A stretch of 62,974 nucleotides of DNA, the filler included, from Octopus bimaculoides (taxonomy: Eukaryota): NCBI RefSeq assembly GCF_001194135.2. It is 5 parts of 4 records of this genome, joined end to end, with 100 filler letters (N's around TTAATTAATTAA, not from the genome) between each part and the next. Parts side by side here need not be neighbours in the genome. Positions count along the whole stretch, not along the records: positions 14,243 to 46,065 come from NC_068984.1; positions 46,166 to 61,092 come from NC_068997.1; 3 more parts are not named here. One strand, 5' to 3'. The position numbers and the translations under genes were made by a program. Position 1 is the first letter of the stretch, and every line of letters starts with the position of its first letter. The notes under the pieces are model-generated. The model searched no databases and was not told the DNA's origin. It worked only from the letters and a program-made list of their open reading frames with translations. Positions 44,055-54,672 of this stretch are shown here, one piece after another.

Positions 44055-45291
44055 GAGGGGTTGGACAAAATAATGGAAGCACCTCAAAATTTGAAACAAA
44101 TTTATTTTAATATGTGGTAGCTCCGCCTTTGGCAGTAATTACAGCTTGAATTGTTTCCAAATGAATTTTTGTCCATTCTCCAGTTCTTGTAGTGATGATG
44201 GTGGAGGATAAAGACACCTTACTTGTTTTTCTAAAATGCACCATAAATGTTCAATGATATTGAGACCTGGCGACTGTGGTGGCCAGATAAGATGTTCAGC
44301 TTCACTAGAATGTTCCTCATGTCATTCGGTAACAACTTTAGCTGTGTGAATTGGTGCATTATCATTCTGAAAGATTGCATTTCCCTCTGGAAACAGCTCC
44401 GCAATCATAGGATGAATTTGATCTGATAAAATGCCTAAATAGTCTTGACTATTAATTCTGCCATGAGGGGAACCCATTGGAGTGGCAGATTTCCAAGATA
44501 TAGCCCCCCCTCCACCTCCCGATCTTCACAGATCCTCCTCCATGTTTAACAGTTGGAAGAAGGCAGTCTGGGTCAAATGCTTCTATTGGCTGTCTCCACA
44601 TGTATACTCGGCTGGTGGTCGGAAATAAGGTAAAGGATGACTGGTCCGAGAAAATAACATTCTTCCAATGTGCTAGGGACCAATTCGGTAGGTTTTTACT
44701 TCACTCTAAATGCTTTGCAACATTTGCTTTTGAAAGTAGTGGTTTTCTGATTGCAGCCTCCTGAGAAATCTGGCTTTATGCAGCTCCCAGTGAACAATTT
44801 TTGTGGAAACTGGGTTCTCAGGGTGGTCATTAAGCTTTGTAGCAATTTTTGGAGCTGTACTTTTGTGGTCCTTTCTATTAATTTGCATAAGATTCCAACG
44901 GTCCCTATCTGAAAGTTTTGGTTTTCTTTCTGATTTTGTTTTGACGAGGAGGTTTTTCTGTTTCTCAGAGGCTGTCATTACTTTTGAGAAAGTGCTTCTT
45001 GATACATCAAACATTTTGGCTTTTTTGTGATGCTAGCACCTGCCATACGAATGCCAACAATTTGACCTCTTTGAAAATCTGATACATCTGTCATTTTAAT
45101 GAATTTTAATTACATTTTCCTGATGATATCTGAAAAGAAACAGCAATTTTAGCAAAACATATTAAAAAGAAACAGCAATTTTAGCAAAACACTAATAAAT
45201 CAAAAAACACAAAATAAACAAGGTTTAGATGGTTTTATAGATATTTCAAAATTATGATGCATTGTGTTTCCATTATTTTGTCCATCCCCTG
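44055..45291 (-). mobile_element. Near full-length degenerate Tc1 DNA transposon
   Basis: Inverted termini (gagggg ttggacaaaataatggaagcac / tgtttccattattttgtccatcccctg) flanked by TA on both sides. The minus strand encodes Tc1-like transposase fragments (VSRSTFSKVM...RKPKLSDRDRWNL...STAPKIA...VSTKIVHWELHKARF) with stops and frameshifts. Confidence 0.9.
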
Positions 45292-45309
45292 TATTTGCTT
45301 ACATATTAA

Positions 45310-45370
<61 letters not shown>

Positions 45371-46037
45371 TGTCTATCCTTATTTGTTTGTGAAATGAAA
45401 TTTATATTTTGCTTATGGCTCATCAAGTTTATATATATTTCTATGTGTCAGTTTTTGTGTTTATTAAATCTTTACTTCTTAGTTCTATCATTCTTCATAT
45501 CTATTTGCATCTCTATGAATCTGCTTATATGTATCTTTTGATCCATTGGCCTTGTCTGTCCATACCGAGGAAGACATTATGAATATTGACAGAGGGAGCG
45601 TTTATGAAGTATATGGCATTACAGATCTTCATTTTGTAGGTATATGAAAACATCGAATTTAGACAGGAGCTTCCATTCTCTTCATTACAACTTTCAATGA
45701 TATATCATTTTGACATTGTGGAGAATAAAACTGTAGCATTTCCCAAGCCAATATTAATTCGAAGCTTAAATTTTCTCCAAGGTGGAAGCATGAACTTGTA
45801 CACACTTGTAGAAATCAGGCATATAAATAAAAGTTCCTTTAATTCCTACATATGTTTCATTGTCAAGGTTTTTTTAAAAACTGAGATAATATTAATATAT
45901 ACATAAACTAATTATATTAATATATATATATAGAACGTTTGGTTCTTTTCTCTAAAACTGTATATTTATATATTTTATACTGTGAAACTTAATTTAATTT
46001 TAATTTTTTATTAAATTGCATTTAATTGACTTTTTAC

Positions 46038-46165
46038 CTGTAAATTTGGATTTTTATCCCTAATANNNNNNNNNNNNNNNNNNNNNNNNNNNNNNNNNNN
46101 NNNNNNNNNTTAATTAATTAANNNNNNNNNNNNNNNNNNNNNNNNNNNNNNNNNNNNNNNNNNNN
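46038..46165 (-). CDS. SAFB-family paralog B, possible exon 5 spanning an assembly gap
   Basis: A strong acceptor ttttttttatttccag| abuts the gap at 46166. On the far side ...ATT AGG GAT AAA AAT CCA AAT TTA CAG|GTAAAA (IRDKNPNLQ) ends at 46038. True length and frame are unknown because of the Ns. Confidence 0.5.
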
Positions 46166-47731
46166 CTGGAAATAAAAAAAATAATTCAACATCAGTATTC
46201 TACATCATTCAGTTACACAAACCTATATTACACACATCTGAACACAGACTAAAACAGTTTCACACAACTGTGTATGACATGACATTGAATTAATTAAACT
46301 ACACTACATAATACTGATACACACTGGACTAGTGTGTATAACAGTATCATTTAAAACTTCAGTCTAAAATTCAGTTACACACACCTGAATATGAGGACAT
46401 TGTATTGCATATTAACTAGTGATTACATTGGCAGAAAGGGTTCTAATACACTTCTTGCCCATATGATATGTTACTGTGAAGAGTGTAACTTGTCAGCTCA
46501 GCAGACAGAGATAAAACAATCTGCTAAGGAGAATAACACACCTAATTTATTTACAGTATAAAAAGTTATTATGACTGATACATCTCCCGGTATTATCACC
46601 CATGTTCTTGCAAGAATCATCATCATTTAACATCTGTCTTTGATGCTGGCATAGGTTGAACAGTTCGAAAGGATCCAACAGAACTAGAGATATGCATCAA
46701 ACTCCAATGTTAGATCTGGCATGGTTACTACATTTCAGTTGCCTTTCAAAATTCCAACCACTTTACAGAGTATACTGGGTGCTTTTTCCATAACACCAAC
46801 ATGAGGGAGGTCACCAAGTAACTTGCAAGACAAAGGAAAAGAACCCAGCACTGAATGGGATTGTAGCAGAGTTGGAAGTTATGCCAGGTGTTCAGAGGCC
46901 AGAGTATGATAGAGAGACAGGCTCAGGTGTCTTCTTCTAGAGAAAATAAATGGCTACACCGACATAATGTAAAGGTGGGTGGGAGTAAGTGGAAAGAAGA
47001 CAGTGATGGTAGTGACAAAGAGTCAGAGAGTACTCTCAAGACAAAACAAGGTGAGTATAGGAGAGAATATGGACAGCAGGTGAGGACAGATGGGTGGGTA
47101 TGTTAATCAGAATGAGAAATGAGAGTAATAACAGATGGTTAGAGAAGGGGGTAGAGATGGATGTAGTGAAGGAACAATGCTGGAGGTGTGGTTGATCCGT
47201 AAATATCAGTATGAGAAGGGAAAGGAAGGTGGGAGAAATTGGAATGGCTCAAGAAGGAAGAGGTGACGAGTGGCAGTGCAAGAAGGGTGGAAAGCAGCAG
47301 TATAACAAACCTGTAGATAGACCAGAAAATAAAGAGATTATGAGTGGGGAGGCTCGAGAGAGAGAGAGATGTACAGTGACAGAGATGAATGTCAGAAGTA
47401 TGTAGAGATGACTATAGAGAATGGGAGACAAAGGTGTGGGGAGGCCATCAAGAGCAGACCCAAGACGGTATGACAATTATAGTAGATACAAGAAGATGGG
47501 GTATGGCAGTCTTAAAGTGTAGCTCAGAAAAGGAGAGAAAGCAATAAGTAGAGGCAGAAAGAGAGGTGATCAGTCAACAATAAAATTTGAAACACAGACA
47601 ACTCAATATATACATACACACNNNNNNNNNNNNNNNNNNNNNNNNNNNNNNNNNNNNNNNNNNNNTAATCTTAACACACATAAATGCATATACAAAATCT
47701 GTATCATTAGTTATATAATTCTGATACTTAC

Positions 47732-47786
47732 TAATAATATCTTCAGTAGATTGATTTTCTTCCAGATATTTCTCTTCACAGAAAGC
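47732..47786 (-). CDS. SAFB-family paralog B, probable exon 4 (acidic linker)
   Basis: Acceptor gacaattttag|, donor A|GTAAGT. 55 nt, phase 0 in, reads AFCEEKYLEENQSTEDII, an acidic composition like the SAFB post-SAP linker. Confidence 0.72.
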
Positions 47787-48352
47787 CTAAAATTGTCAAA
47801 ATATCAAGTTAACCAAATAAAAAAGTCCACATACACATGACATTCTGTATGGCTGCTAAAATGTCTAAAGTGACACATTAAATAATTTGTTATGTAATTA
47901 TATATAATTTGTTGTATGTAATTAGAATGAGATGCATGAGAGAGAGAGAGAGAGAGAGTGAATTGATGTAGGAAGGAAATGAAAGTATTCTCAGAAAAAT
48001 GCTGATAGAATACATCTGTGAATTCTATTCAAAATCAAATTAATACAATTAACTGCCTTTTAATATTTACTTGTTTCAGCCATGGGTTTCATTGAACAAA
48101 TTGCTCCTAGTACTTACATCTTTAAGTCTTGCACTAATTGTATTGGAGTGATTTTCCAAACTGTAACATTATGGGAATGTAAACAAACTAACACTGGCTG
48201 TGAAACAGCATGGGATGAGAATGGGGCAAAATTCTTCAGTGGTATTTTATGTAATTTAGTGAAATTCTTGAGCAAGACTAAGTTGAGATAATTACAAGTC
48301 CAAAAAAACTTAGAAATAAATTTAGGAAAAAAAAGAAAAAGAAAAAACTCAC

Positions 48353-48381
48353 CTCAATGTTTACCAACGTAGCTAAATTAT
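48353..48381 (-). CDS. SAFB-family paralog B, probable 29-nt exon 3
   Basis: Acceptor gttcttgttatttttcag|, donor GAG|GTGAGT. Phase 1 in and phase 0 out match the neighbouring exons; reads (D)NLATLVNIE with no stop. Confidence 0.72.
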
Positions 48382-48649
48382 CTGAAAAATAACAAGAACA
48401 TTTGATTAAGAGGAATGAAATGAATATTAAATTTGATTTCTAATTGTAAATTAACCTATATATAATAGAATCATGTCATTTTCTTCAAAGATTAAAACGC
48501 CAGCAAATTCAGTACCAGCAAGAAAGTGTGCATTCATGGAGATGGAAGGATGGGTGAATAGCTGGAACTAAATACATGTATATTTATGAGATGTGTCATT
48601 AGTTTGTATAAAATATTTAAATTGAATCGAATTTATAATTGTTTTGTGT

Positions 48650-48683
<34 letters not shown>

Positions 48684-49099
48684 CATATAATATAAATAAT
48701 ATATATAATATAATATAATATATATATATCTTCTTTCATTCTTTTACTTGTTCCAGTCACTGGACTGAGGCTATGCTCAGGTACTGCAATGAAGGGTTTA
48801 GCTGAAAAATTCTACCCCAGTGCTTATTTTCTCTAAGACTGGGACTTTGGACAGCTTGGACTTCTAGTAGNNNNNNNNNNNNNNNNNNNNNNNNNNNNNN
48901 NNNNNNNNNNNNNNNNNNNNNNNNNNNNNNNNNNNNNNNNNNNNNNNNNNNNNNNNNNNNNNNNNNNNNNNNNNNNNNNNNNNNNNNNNNNNNNNNNNNN
49001 NNNNNNNNNNNNNNNNNNNNNNNNNNNNNNNNNNNNNNNNNNNNNNNNNNNNNNNNNNNNNNNNNNNNNNNAACCAAAATAAATGACATGGAACTGCAC

Positions 49100-49154
49100 C
49101 TGATTTCTCTTCACTTCCTTTGGTATCTTTATGATTTTCTTCACTTTTCAGAGC
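49100..49154 (-). CDS. SAFB: SAFB-family paralog B, coding exon 2
   Basis: Acceptor ttttgttatctcttttccacag|, reads ALKSEENHKDTKGSEEKS, donor G|GTGCAG (phase 1). An alternative weaker phase-1 donor T|GTCATT would end the exon at 49088. Aligns to paralog A exon 2. Confidence 0.85.
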
Positions 49155-49559
49155 CTGTGGAAAAGAGATAACAAAAGCACTAATGAGTTCCTTCAATCTC
49201 CATTAGCACAACATCTATATCAATTGTTGGTACAGAAACCATTAGATATCTGAAGTAACACACACACACGCTATCAATCTATTACCATCTGGTTTGCAAT
49301 GCTGGCACAAATTGTATCAGTTTGTTATTTAACTAATCAATCATCTTAGTTTTAATAATAGGAATTATAGCAATAAGTGTGTGGTGACTCCTCTCTCGTG
49401 GGACCAGTTTTAAAGGGTGGGAACCATTTTCCTTCAATCCTAGTTAAACCTTTTTTGGTTTTTGCTTTTTAAATCATATTTCTGTTGAAATACACTGTGT
49501 TTGTTGCAATTAATCGTGAAAATAACAAAAGACTCAGTAAAAGAACTGTTCATTATTAA

Positions 49560-49700
49560 ACTGGTATTTGGGTAAATGGTTAATGAGAGTAGTGCACACC
49601 GTATGTACAGAGATGCAGACAGCAAAGTGAGGGCTGGCAAGGAGTTCAACAAAGAATTTGGAGTGCAAGTAGATGTTCATCAGGCCTCAGTTCTTCGCGA
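49560..49700 (+). mobile_element. Short RTE reverse transcriptase fragment in paralog B intron 1
   Basis: KWLMRVV..MYRDADSKVRAGKEFNKEFGVQVDVHQASVL, homologous to the 28355 copy. Confidence 0.75.
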
Positions 49701-51226
49701 GGGCCTTTAAATTTACTTTGTCTCATTCCTGGTAATAAAATTAGTTCCCTACATATTTTCTGGCTATGTTCTTCACCACACACCGTATAGTTTGGTCTAA
49801 AAAGATTGAATTTTTATGTAGGATGTAAAGATTTAGGTGAAAAATTTAAAAAAAGAAAAAAGAAAAAAAAGCTTTTAAATTTTCTTAAAAATTTAACAAT
49901 TCTTCACCAGTTCATATAAAATGCTATTCTTGCTTTTTTTGAAGCCGATTTTCATCGTTTCAGGCTCGGTAAAAGAAATTGCTATTGGATACTGAGATGC
50001 GTAAATATTAAAATGTCACGAAAGAGGCAGAAGGACAAATCTTATGCTTAAAAACCGATTTTTTTTGTTTTTTGTTCAATTACGACCTGTGTCAAGTATT
50101 TTCATACCTAAGTATAAAGGGAAAATCTGGTTATCTAAGGGTCTGGAAACTGATTAAAATTATTTTCTTTCATAATTGTTTCAACTATGGGGAGAAGGCC
50201 TGAACATTTGGAGGAGGGAGATAGTCGATTACGATGACCCTCTGGTCAACTGATACTTATCTTAATCAACCCCAAAAGGATGAAAAGCAACGTCAATGCC
50301 GGTGGAATTTGGGCATACCTAAATAAGTAATTTTTTGTATTTAGTTTACCAATTTCATACGCACACATATACACATAACCTACACCATCTGAAGCGGACT
50401 TGTAGAAAATCCATTTGGGGGCGGGGATTATGAGGAAACAAAGTGGATGGGAAAGAAAACACTTATTTAGATATGCCGAAATTTGAACTCGGGACAAAAT
50501 GCCGCAAAGCCTTTTGCCCAGCGTGTTAACGTTTCTGCCAGCGAGCTGCCTTTATCTTCTTTTATAATATCGTTTATCAGCATCCAAAGACCACGAGATG
50601 GCAGAATCGATGTGTCACTTCAGATCCTAGACGTTCTGATTTCAAATTCTGCCGAAGTATCTATCAACTTTGCACTTTATCTTTTATTAGTCGATAAAAT
50701 TAGTACCAGTTGAGCACTTAGTCAATGTAACTAACTGATTGACCCCTTCCTCACAAAATAGCTGGCCGTCTGCCAACACTTGAAACCGTTATATTCTCAT
50801 TTTCGTGGTTAGATGAAGAGATCGGAAGCAAACTGAAATTATGATTACATCCTTATACGAGTCGGAGCGAGATTATGTAAAATTGAATTTCATGAGAATT
50901 AACGTAAATAAGGAAGTGTTAATATGGCCTTGTTTTTCTCGTTTAAATTTTCATCTCTTATAGAAATAGATCTTTACAGTATGCCAAATTTATAAAAGGA
51001 ATGATGGGAGGAGGACGGGAGTTCTGTTTTAAATGAGAATTCCAAATATTTCAGAATGTGGGGTGGGGTATAATAAAATGGTTAAAACTAATGAAGGTAG
51101 AAACGGACTATATGTAATCTGAACCTTTCTCCCCCATATTTATTAATTTTTTTTACGGAATCCCACGTTTTAGGCTATGGATTTCGATTCCCCCCCCCCC
51201 CGGTTTTTATATAGATCCACAGGGTA

Positions 51227-51327
51227 AACCTAACCCTAACTCAAACCCTAACCCTGACCGTAACCCTGACCCTAACCCTTACATGCTAGAAATAACAGCC
51301 AAATCTCAGAAAACTAGTGTTAGGGTT
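51227..51327. repeat. Degenerate (CCCTAA)n telomere-like repeat
   Basis: aacctaaccctaactcaaaccctaaccctgaccgtaaccctgaccctaaccc, then ttagggtt in the opposite orientation just before a gap. Confidence 0.6.
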
Positions 51328-52164
51328 NNNNNNNNNNNNNNNNNNNNNNNNNNNNNNNNNNNNNNNNNNNNNNNNNNNNNNNNNNNNNNNNNNNNNNNNN
51401 NNNNNNNNNNNNNNNNNNNNNNNNNNNNNNNNNNNNNNNNNNNNNNNNNNNNNNNNNNNNNNNNNNNNNNNNNNNNNNNNNNNNNNNNNNNNNNNNNNNN
51501 NNNNNNNNNNNNNNNNNNNNNNNNNNNNNNNNNNNNNNNNNNNNNNNNNNNNNNNNNNNNNNNNNNNNNNNNNNNNNNNNNNNNNNNNNNNNNNNNNNNN
51601 NNNNNNNNNNNNNNNNNNNNNNNNNNNNNNNNNNNNNNNNNNNNNNNNNNNNNNNNNNNNNNNNNNNNNNNNNNNNNNNNNNNNNNNNNNNNNNNNNNNN
51701 NNNNNNNNNNNNNNNNNNNNNNNNNNNNNNNNNNNNNNNNNNNNNNNNNNNNNNNNNNNNNNNNNNNNNNNNNNNNNNNNNNNNNNNNNNNNNNNNNNNN
51801 NNNNNNNNNNNNNNNNNNNNNNNNNNNNNNNNNNNNNNNNNNNNNNNNNNNNNNNNNNNNNNNNNNNNNNNNNNNNNNNNNNNNNNNNNNNNNNNNNNNN
51901 NNNNNNNNNNNNNNNNNNNNNNNNNNNNNNNNNNNNNNNNNNNNNNNNNNNNNNNNNNNNNNNNNNNNNNNNNNNNNNNNNNNNNNNNNNNNNNNNNNNN
52001 NATAATTTTCTTTCAACACTCAGACGTTTATTTTGATCTGTTTGACATTTTTGCATGAGTTTTCAAGGTTCAAGAACCCCCCAACATTGTTTATAATTAC
52101 AACACTATGCCATTATATATATATATTATACATAAACACCGTCGCTCATTAAGATCTCTCCTAC

Positions 52165-52299
52165 CTTTTCCAGACGTTCCAACAACACGGCCTTTACTCC
52201 AGTTTTGTCCAGACCTCGTTTCTCCAGTTCACTGCGGAGATCCACGACCCTTAAATCTATTAACTTGTCACTGGATATCTCACCACTTGCACTGGCCAT
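52165..52299 (-). CDS. SAFB: SAFB/SLTM-family protein, paralog B, coding exon 1 (SAP domain)
   Basis: Reverse strand: ATG at 52299, 45 codons [45 protein letters not shown], phase-0 donor AAG|GTAGGA. It shares 40/45 aa and 113/135 nt with paralog A exon 1, with the same exon length and intron position. Confidence 0.92.
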
Positions 52300-52457
52300 G
52301 ATATAATATATGTAAGTGAATGTCGAGGTTTGTTAATCCAATGGTTTCACACTGAAGCAAAAACTTGGTTAGGACGCAATTTACTGTTTCAATATTTTCC
52401 TATATAACAGTTATCTCCCTTCTTTCCGTGGTGACGTTGAAGCTACTTTTATTGTCG

Positions 52458-52471
52458 CCACCAGATGGCAC
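52458..52471 (+). promoter_or_regulatory. CTCF-consensus-like site
   Basis: CCACCAGATGGCAC matches the CTCF core consensus CCASYAGRKGGCRS at all positions. A partial counterpart (GCCATCTGG) lies at 53416-53424. Confidence 0.5.
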
Positions 52472-53008
52472 AAGCGTGAAACCTAATATCCGTCATATTC
52501 ATAAGGAACCCCCCTCCTCCCACTAGCTTTGTCCTCTTTTACGGAACTCTACGTTTCCGATAATTTTGTCACAAGGCGGAAATCGAAACTTGGTGGTTGT
52601 CAGTTTTTGACATTTTAAAATGAAATGGAAATGTTCAAATTTGATGTTTCGCTGTAATTTGTCACGTTGAATCTGAATTGAATCATTTATTGTAGAAAAA
52701 TATCAGAGAAGTGTTACTAAAGTTTGATCATTTTTAGCCAATCAGAAAACAAGAAAAGGTGCGCGTTTTCTGCGTGATGAGATAACTATGACAGTTGTAC
52801 AAAGTTTTAATAAGTTTTATTGAAAGAAGTTATGTAAAACGAATGGTCGAACATATAAACAACTGAAAAAGGGAAAAGCCTCGACGAAATTTTTTTCGTG
52901 GCAATAAAAAAAAAAAGAAACCGTGAGTCAATTACTGTAAAAGTCGGTGAGAGAAGTGAAGAGCAAAACGCGCGCGGTCAGACGCACCCATTTGTTTTCC
53001 TGTCTTAT

Positions 53009-53350
53009 GTTGTTGTTGGCACCCCGTCGCTTACGACGACGAGTGTTCCAGTTGATCCGATCAACGGAACAGCCTGTTCGTGAAATTAACGTGCATGTGG
53101 CTGAGCACACCACAGACACGTGTACCCTCAACATAGTTGTCGGGGATATTCAGCGTGACACAGTGTGACAAGGCTGACCCTTTGAATTACAGGCACAACA
53201 GAAACAGGAAGAGTGAGAGAAAGTGTACAGCAGGAGCTTTTAGGTGTTTTCGCTCAATAAACACTCACAACACCCGGTCTGGGAATCGAAACCGCGATCC
53301 AATGACCGCGAGTCCGCTACCCTAACCACTAGGCCATTGCGCCTCCACAC
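53009..53350 (-). mobile_element. tRNA-derived SINE inside the SAFB bidirectional promoter
   Basis: The reverse complement begins GTGTGGAGGCGCAATGGCCTAGTGGTTAGGG (A box), has GTTTCGATTCC (B box) and ends in an (AAC)n tail. Same family as 57918-58290. Confidence 0.85.
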
Positions 53351-53579
53351 ACCATATAACACGACAGTGAAACTTCGTTACTTGCTGACCGTGACGCTCT
53401 CGACGCCGAGGAAGCGCCATCTGGGAAATTGTCTAAGGGAGACAATTTCGTAAATCCGGGTAATTTTAACGAACAGACGAGATTTTGTGGAACTGAGTTT
53501 GATGTGTCGCCATTAAATCAGTGACAGCAATTCTAAAGGTGTTTTGACAATCACAATACATAGATATATATCATATATC

Positions 53580-53714
53580 ATGGCTAATGCTAATGGAGAA
53601 ATATCCAGTGATAAATTAATAGATCTAAGGGTTGTGGATCTCCGTAATGAACTGGAAAAACGTGGACTCGATAAAAGCGGAGTGAAGGCCGTATTGTTGG
53701 AACGTCTGGAACAG
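53580..53714 (+). CDS. SAFB: SAFB/SLTM-family protein, paralog A, coding exon 1 (SAP domain)
   Basis: ATG at 53580, 45 codons [45 protein letters not shown], then a phase-0 donor CAG|GTAGGG. The LRVxDLxxELxxRxLDxxGxKxVLxxRLxxA pattern is the SAFB/SLTM-type SAP domain (family recognised from memory, not searched). Confidence 0.9.
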
Positions 53715-54672
53715 GTAGGGGAGAAATAAATGACTTTATGTCCATGTCTGTGTGCATGAAAGGGAAAGAGGTTTATGTCGCTGCTTATCTTGTCGAGAGA
53801 TTTTCTTTTCTTTCAAATGTGAAAATGAATATTCACGAATGAACGCCTCCTCCTCCCTGCCTGTCTCGCTTATTGTAAGATGTATTTTTGTATTTTTCGT
53901 TGTTGCTGAAATCGTCAGAACCAAAAATTTGAAAAAAAAATGGAAAGACGAAAACTTGTCACATTTCTCATCCATTATTCACTGCGGTCCTCTACTTCCG
54001 TTCTTCATTCATTTCTGTTGTACTTTCTACAATTTCTAAGTTTTTTTGTTTTATTAACTCGGTTTCTTCTTAGGATTACATGAAACGTTTGGTTTTAGAA
54101 TCTTCAGCGTCTACATACAGCATTAAAACCGATCAAATAATCAAAGTTTACTAAGCCATTTAAGAAAAATCATAGGGGAAGGTCATGGTGGGTGAATGAC
54201 GTCGTTTACCAACATCGACGGATTGTCAAATTCTCTATGCCGGCAACATGTTTTCTGATCTCTGTTATTATTAAGAATGGCCAGAGCAGCAGACGAAGTG
54301 TCTTCAGTCAAAAAAAGTTTGAATAAGATTGAATAACACGTTCGTTGGTCGCATCTCCAGCGTCTACATACACCATTCTTTTATTCAATCTTCAGAACGA
54401 TTATGTATCCGAAAAAATCTTCCGGAGAAACACTTGATGCGCCGTCTGAAGAAAATTAAAATTATTGGCGAAAAATGGGTATGTTACACGTGTACATCGA
54501 CTTGGCAAAAACACCCATTAAATCGCATTTAGCCGTACTTTTAGTGTTTAATATCTGGGTGTTAAAGTAGATATTAACCATATTTTATAGAGGAAGGATG
54601 TTGAGGGGCTTCTTGAAATGAAGTACACTCTTCGACAACTTTGTAAGCTTTAGCGCCGCAGAGACCTTAAAG

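Larger units (their letters stand above)
52300..53579. promoter_or_regulatory. Shared (bidirectional) promoter/5' region between the two SAFB paralogs
   Basis: 1280 nt between divergent ATGs, CpG-rich relative to the flanking introns. Contains a CCAAT box (agccaatcag 52736-52745), an ETS-like ggcggaaat (~52577) and a mirrored GCCATCTGG motif. The TSSs cannot be placed from sequence alone. Confidence 0.7.

Noticed and set aside
45400-45900. Protein-like minus-strand fragments downstream of paralog B exon 5
   Set aside because: There are stops in all frames, no convincing acceptor and no recognisable family. The region may be UTR, so it is left uncalled.
46860-47580. Purine-rich plus-strand ORFs resembling an R/E-rich SAFB tail
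   Set aside because: They are on the wrong strand for paralog B, lie within its intron, are stop-ridden and have the low-complexity character of decayed repeats.
53270-53345. tRNA-like sequences here and at other SINE heads
   Set aside because: They lack a pairing acceptor stem and continue into SINE bodies, so they are not tRNA genes.
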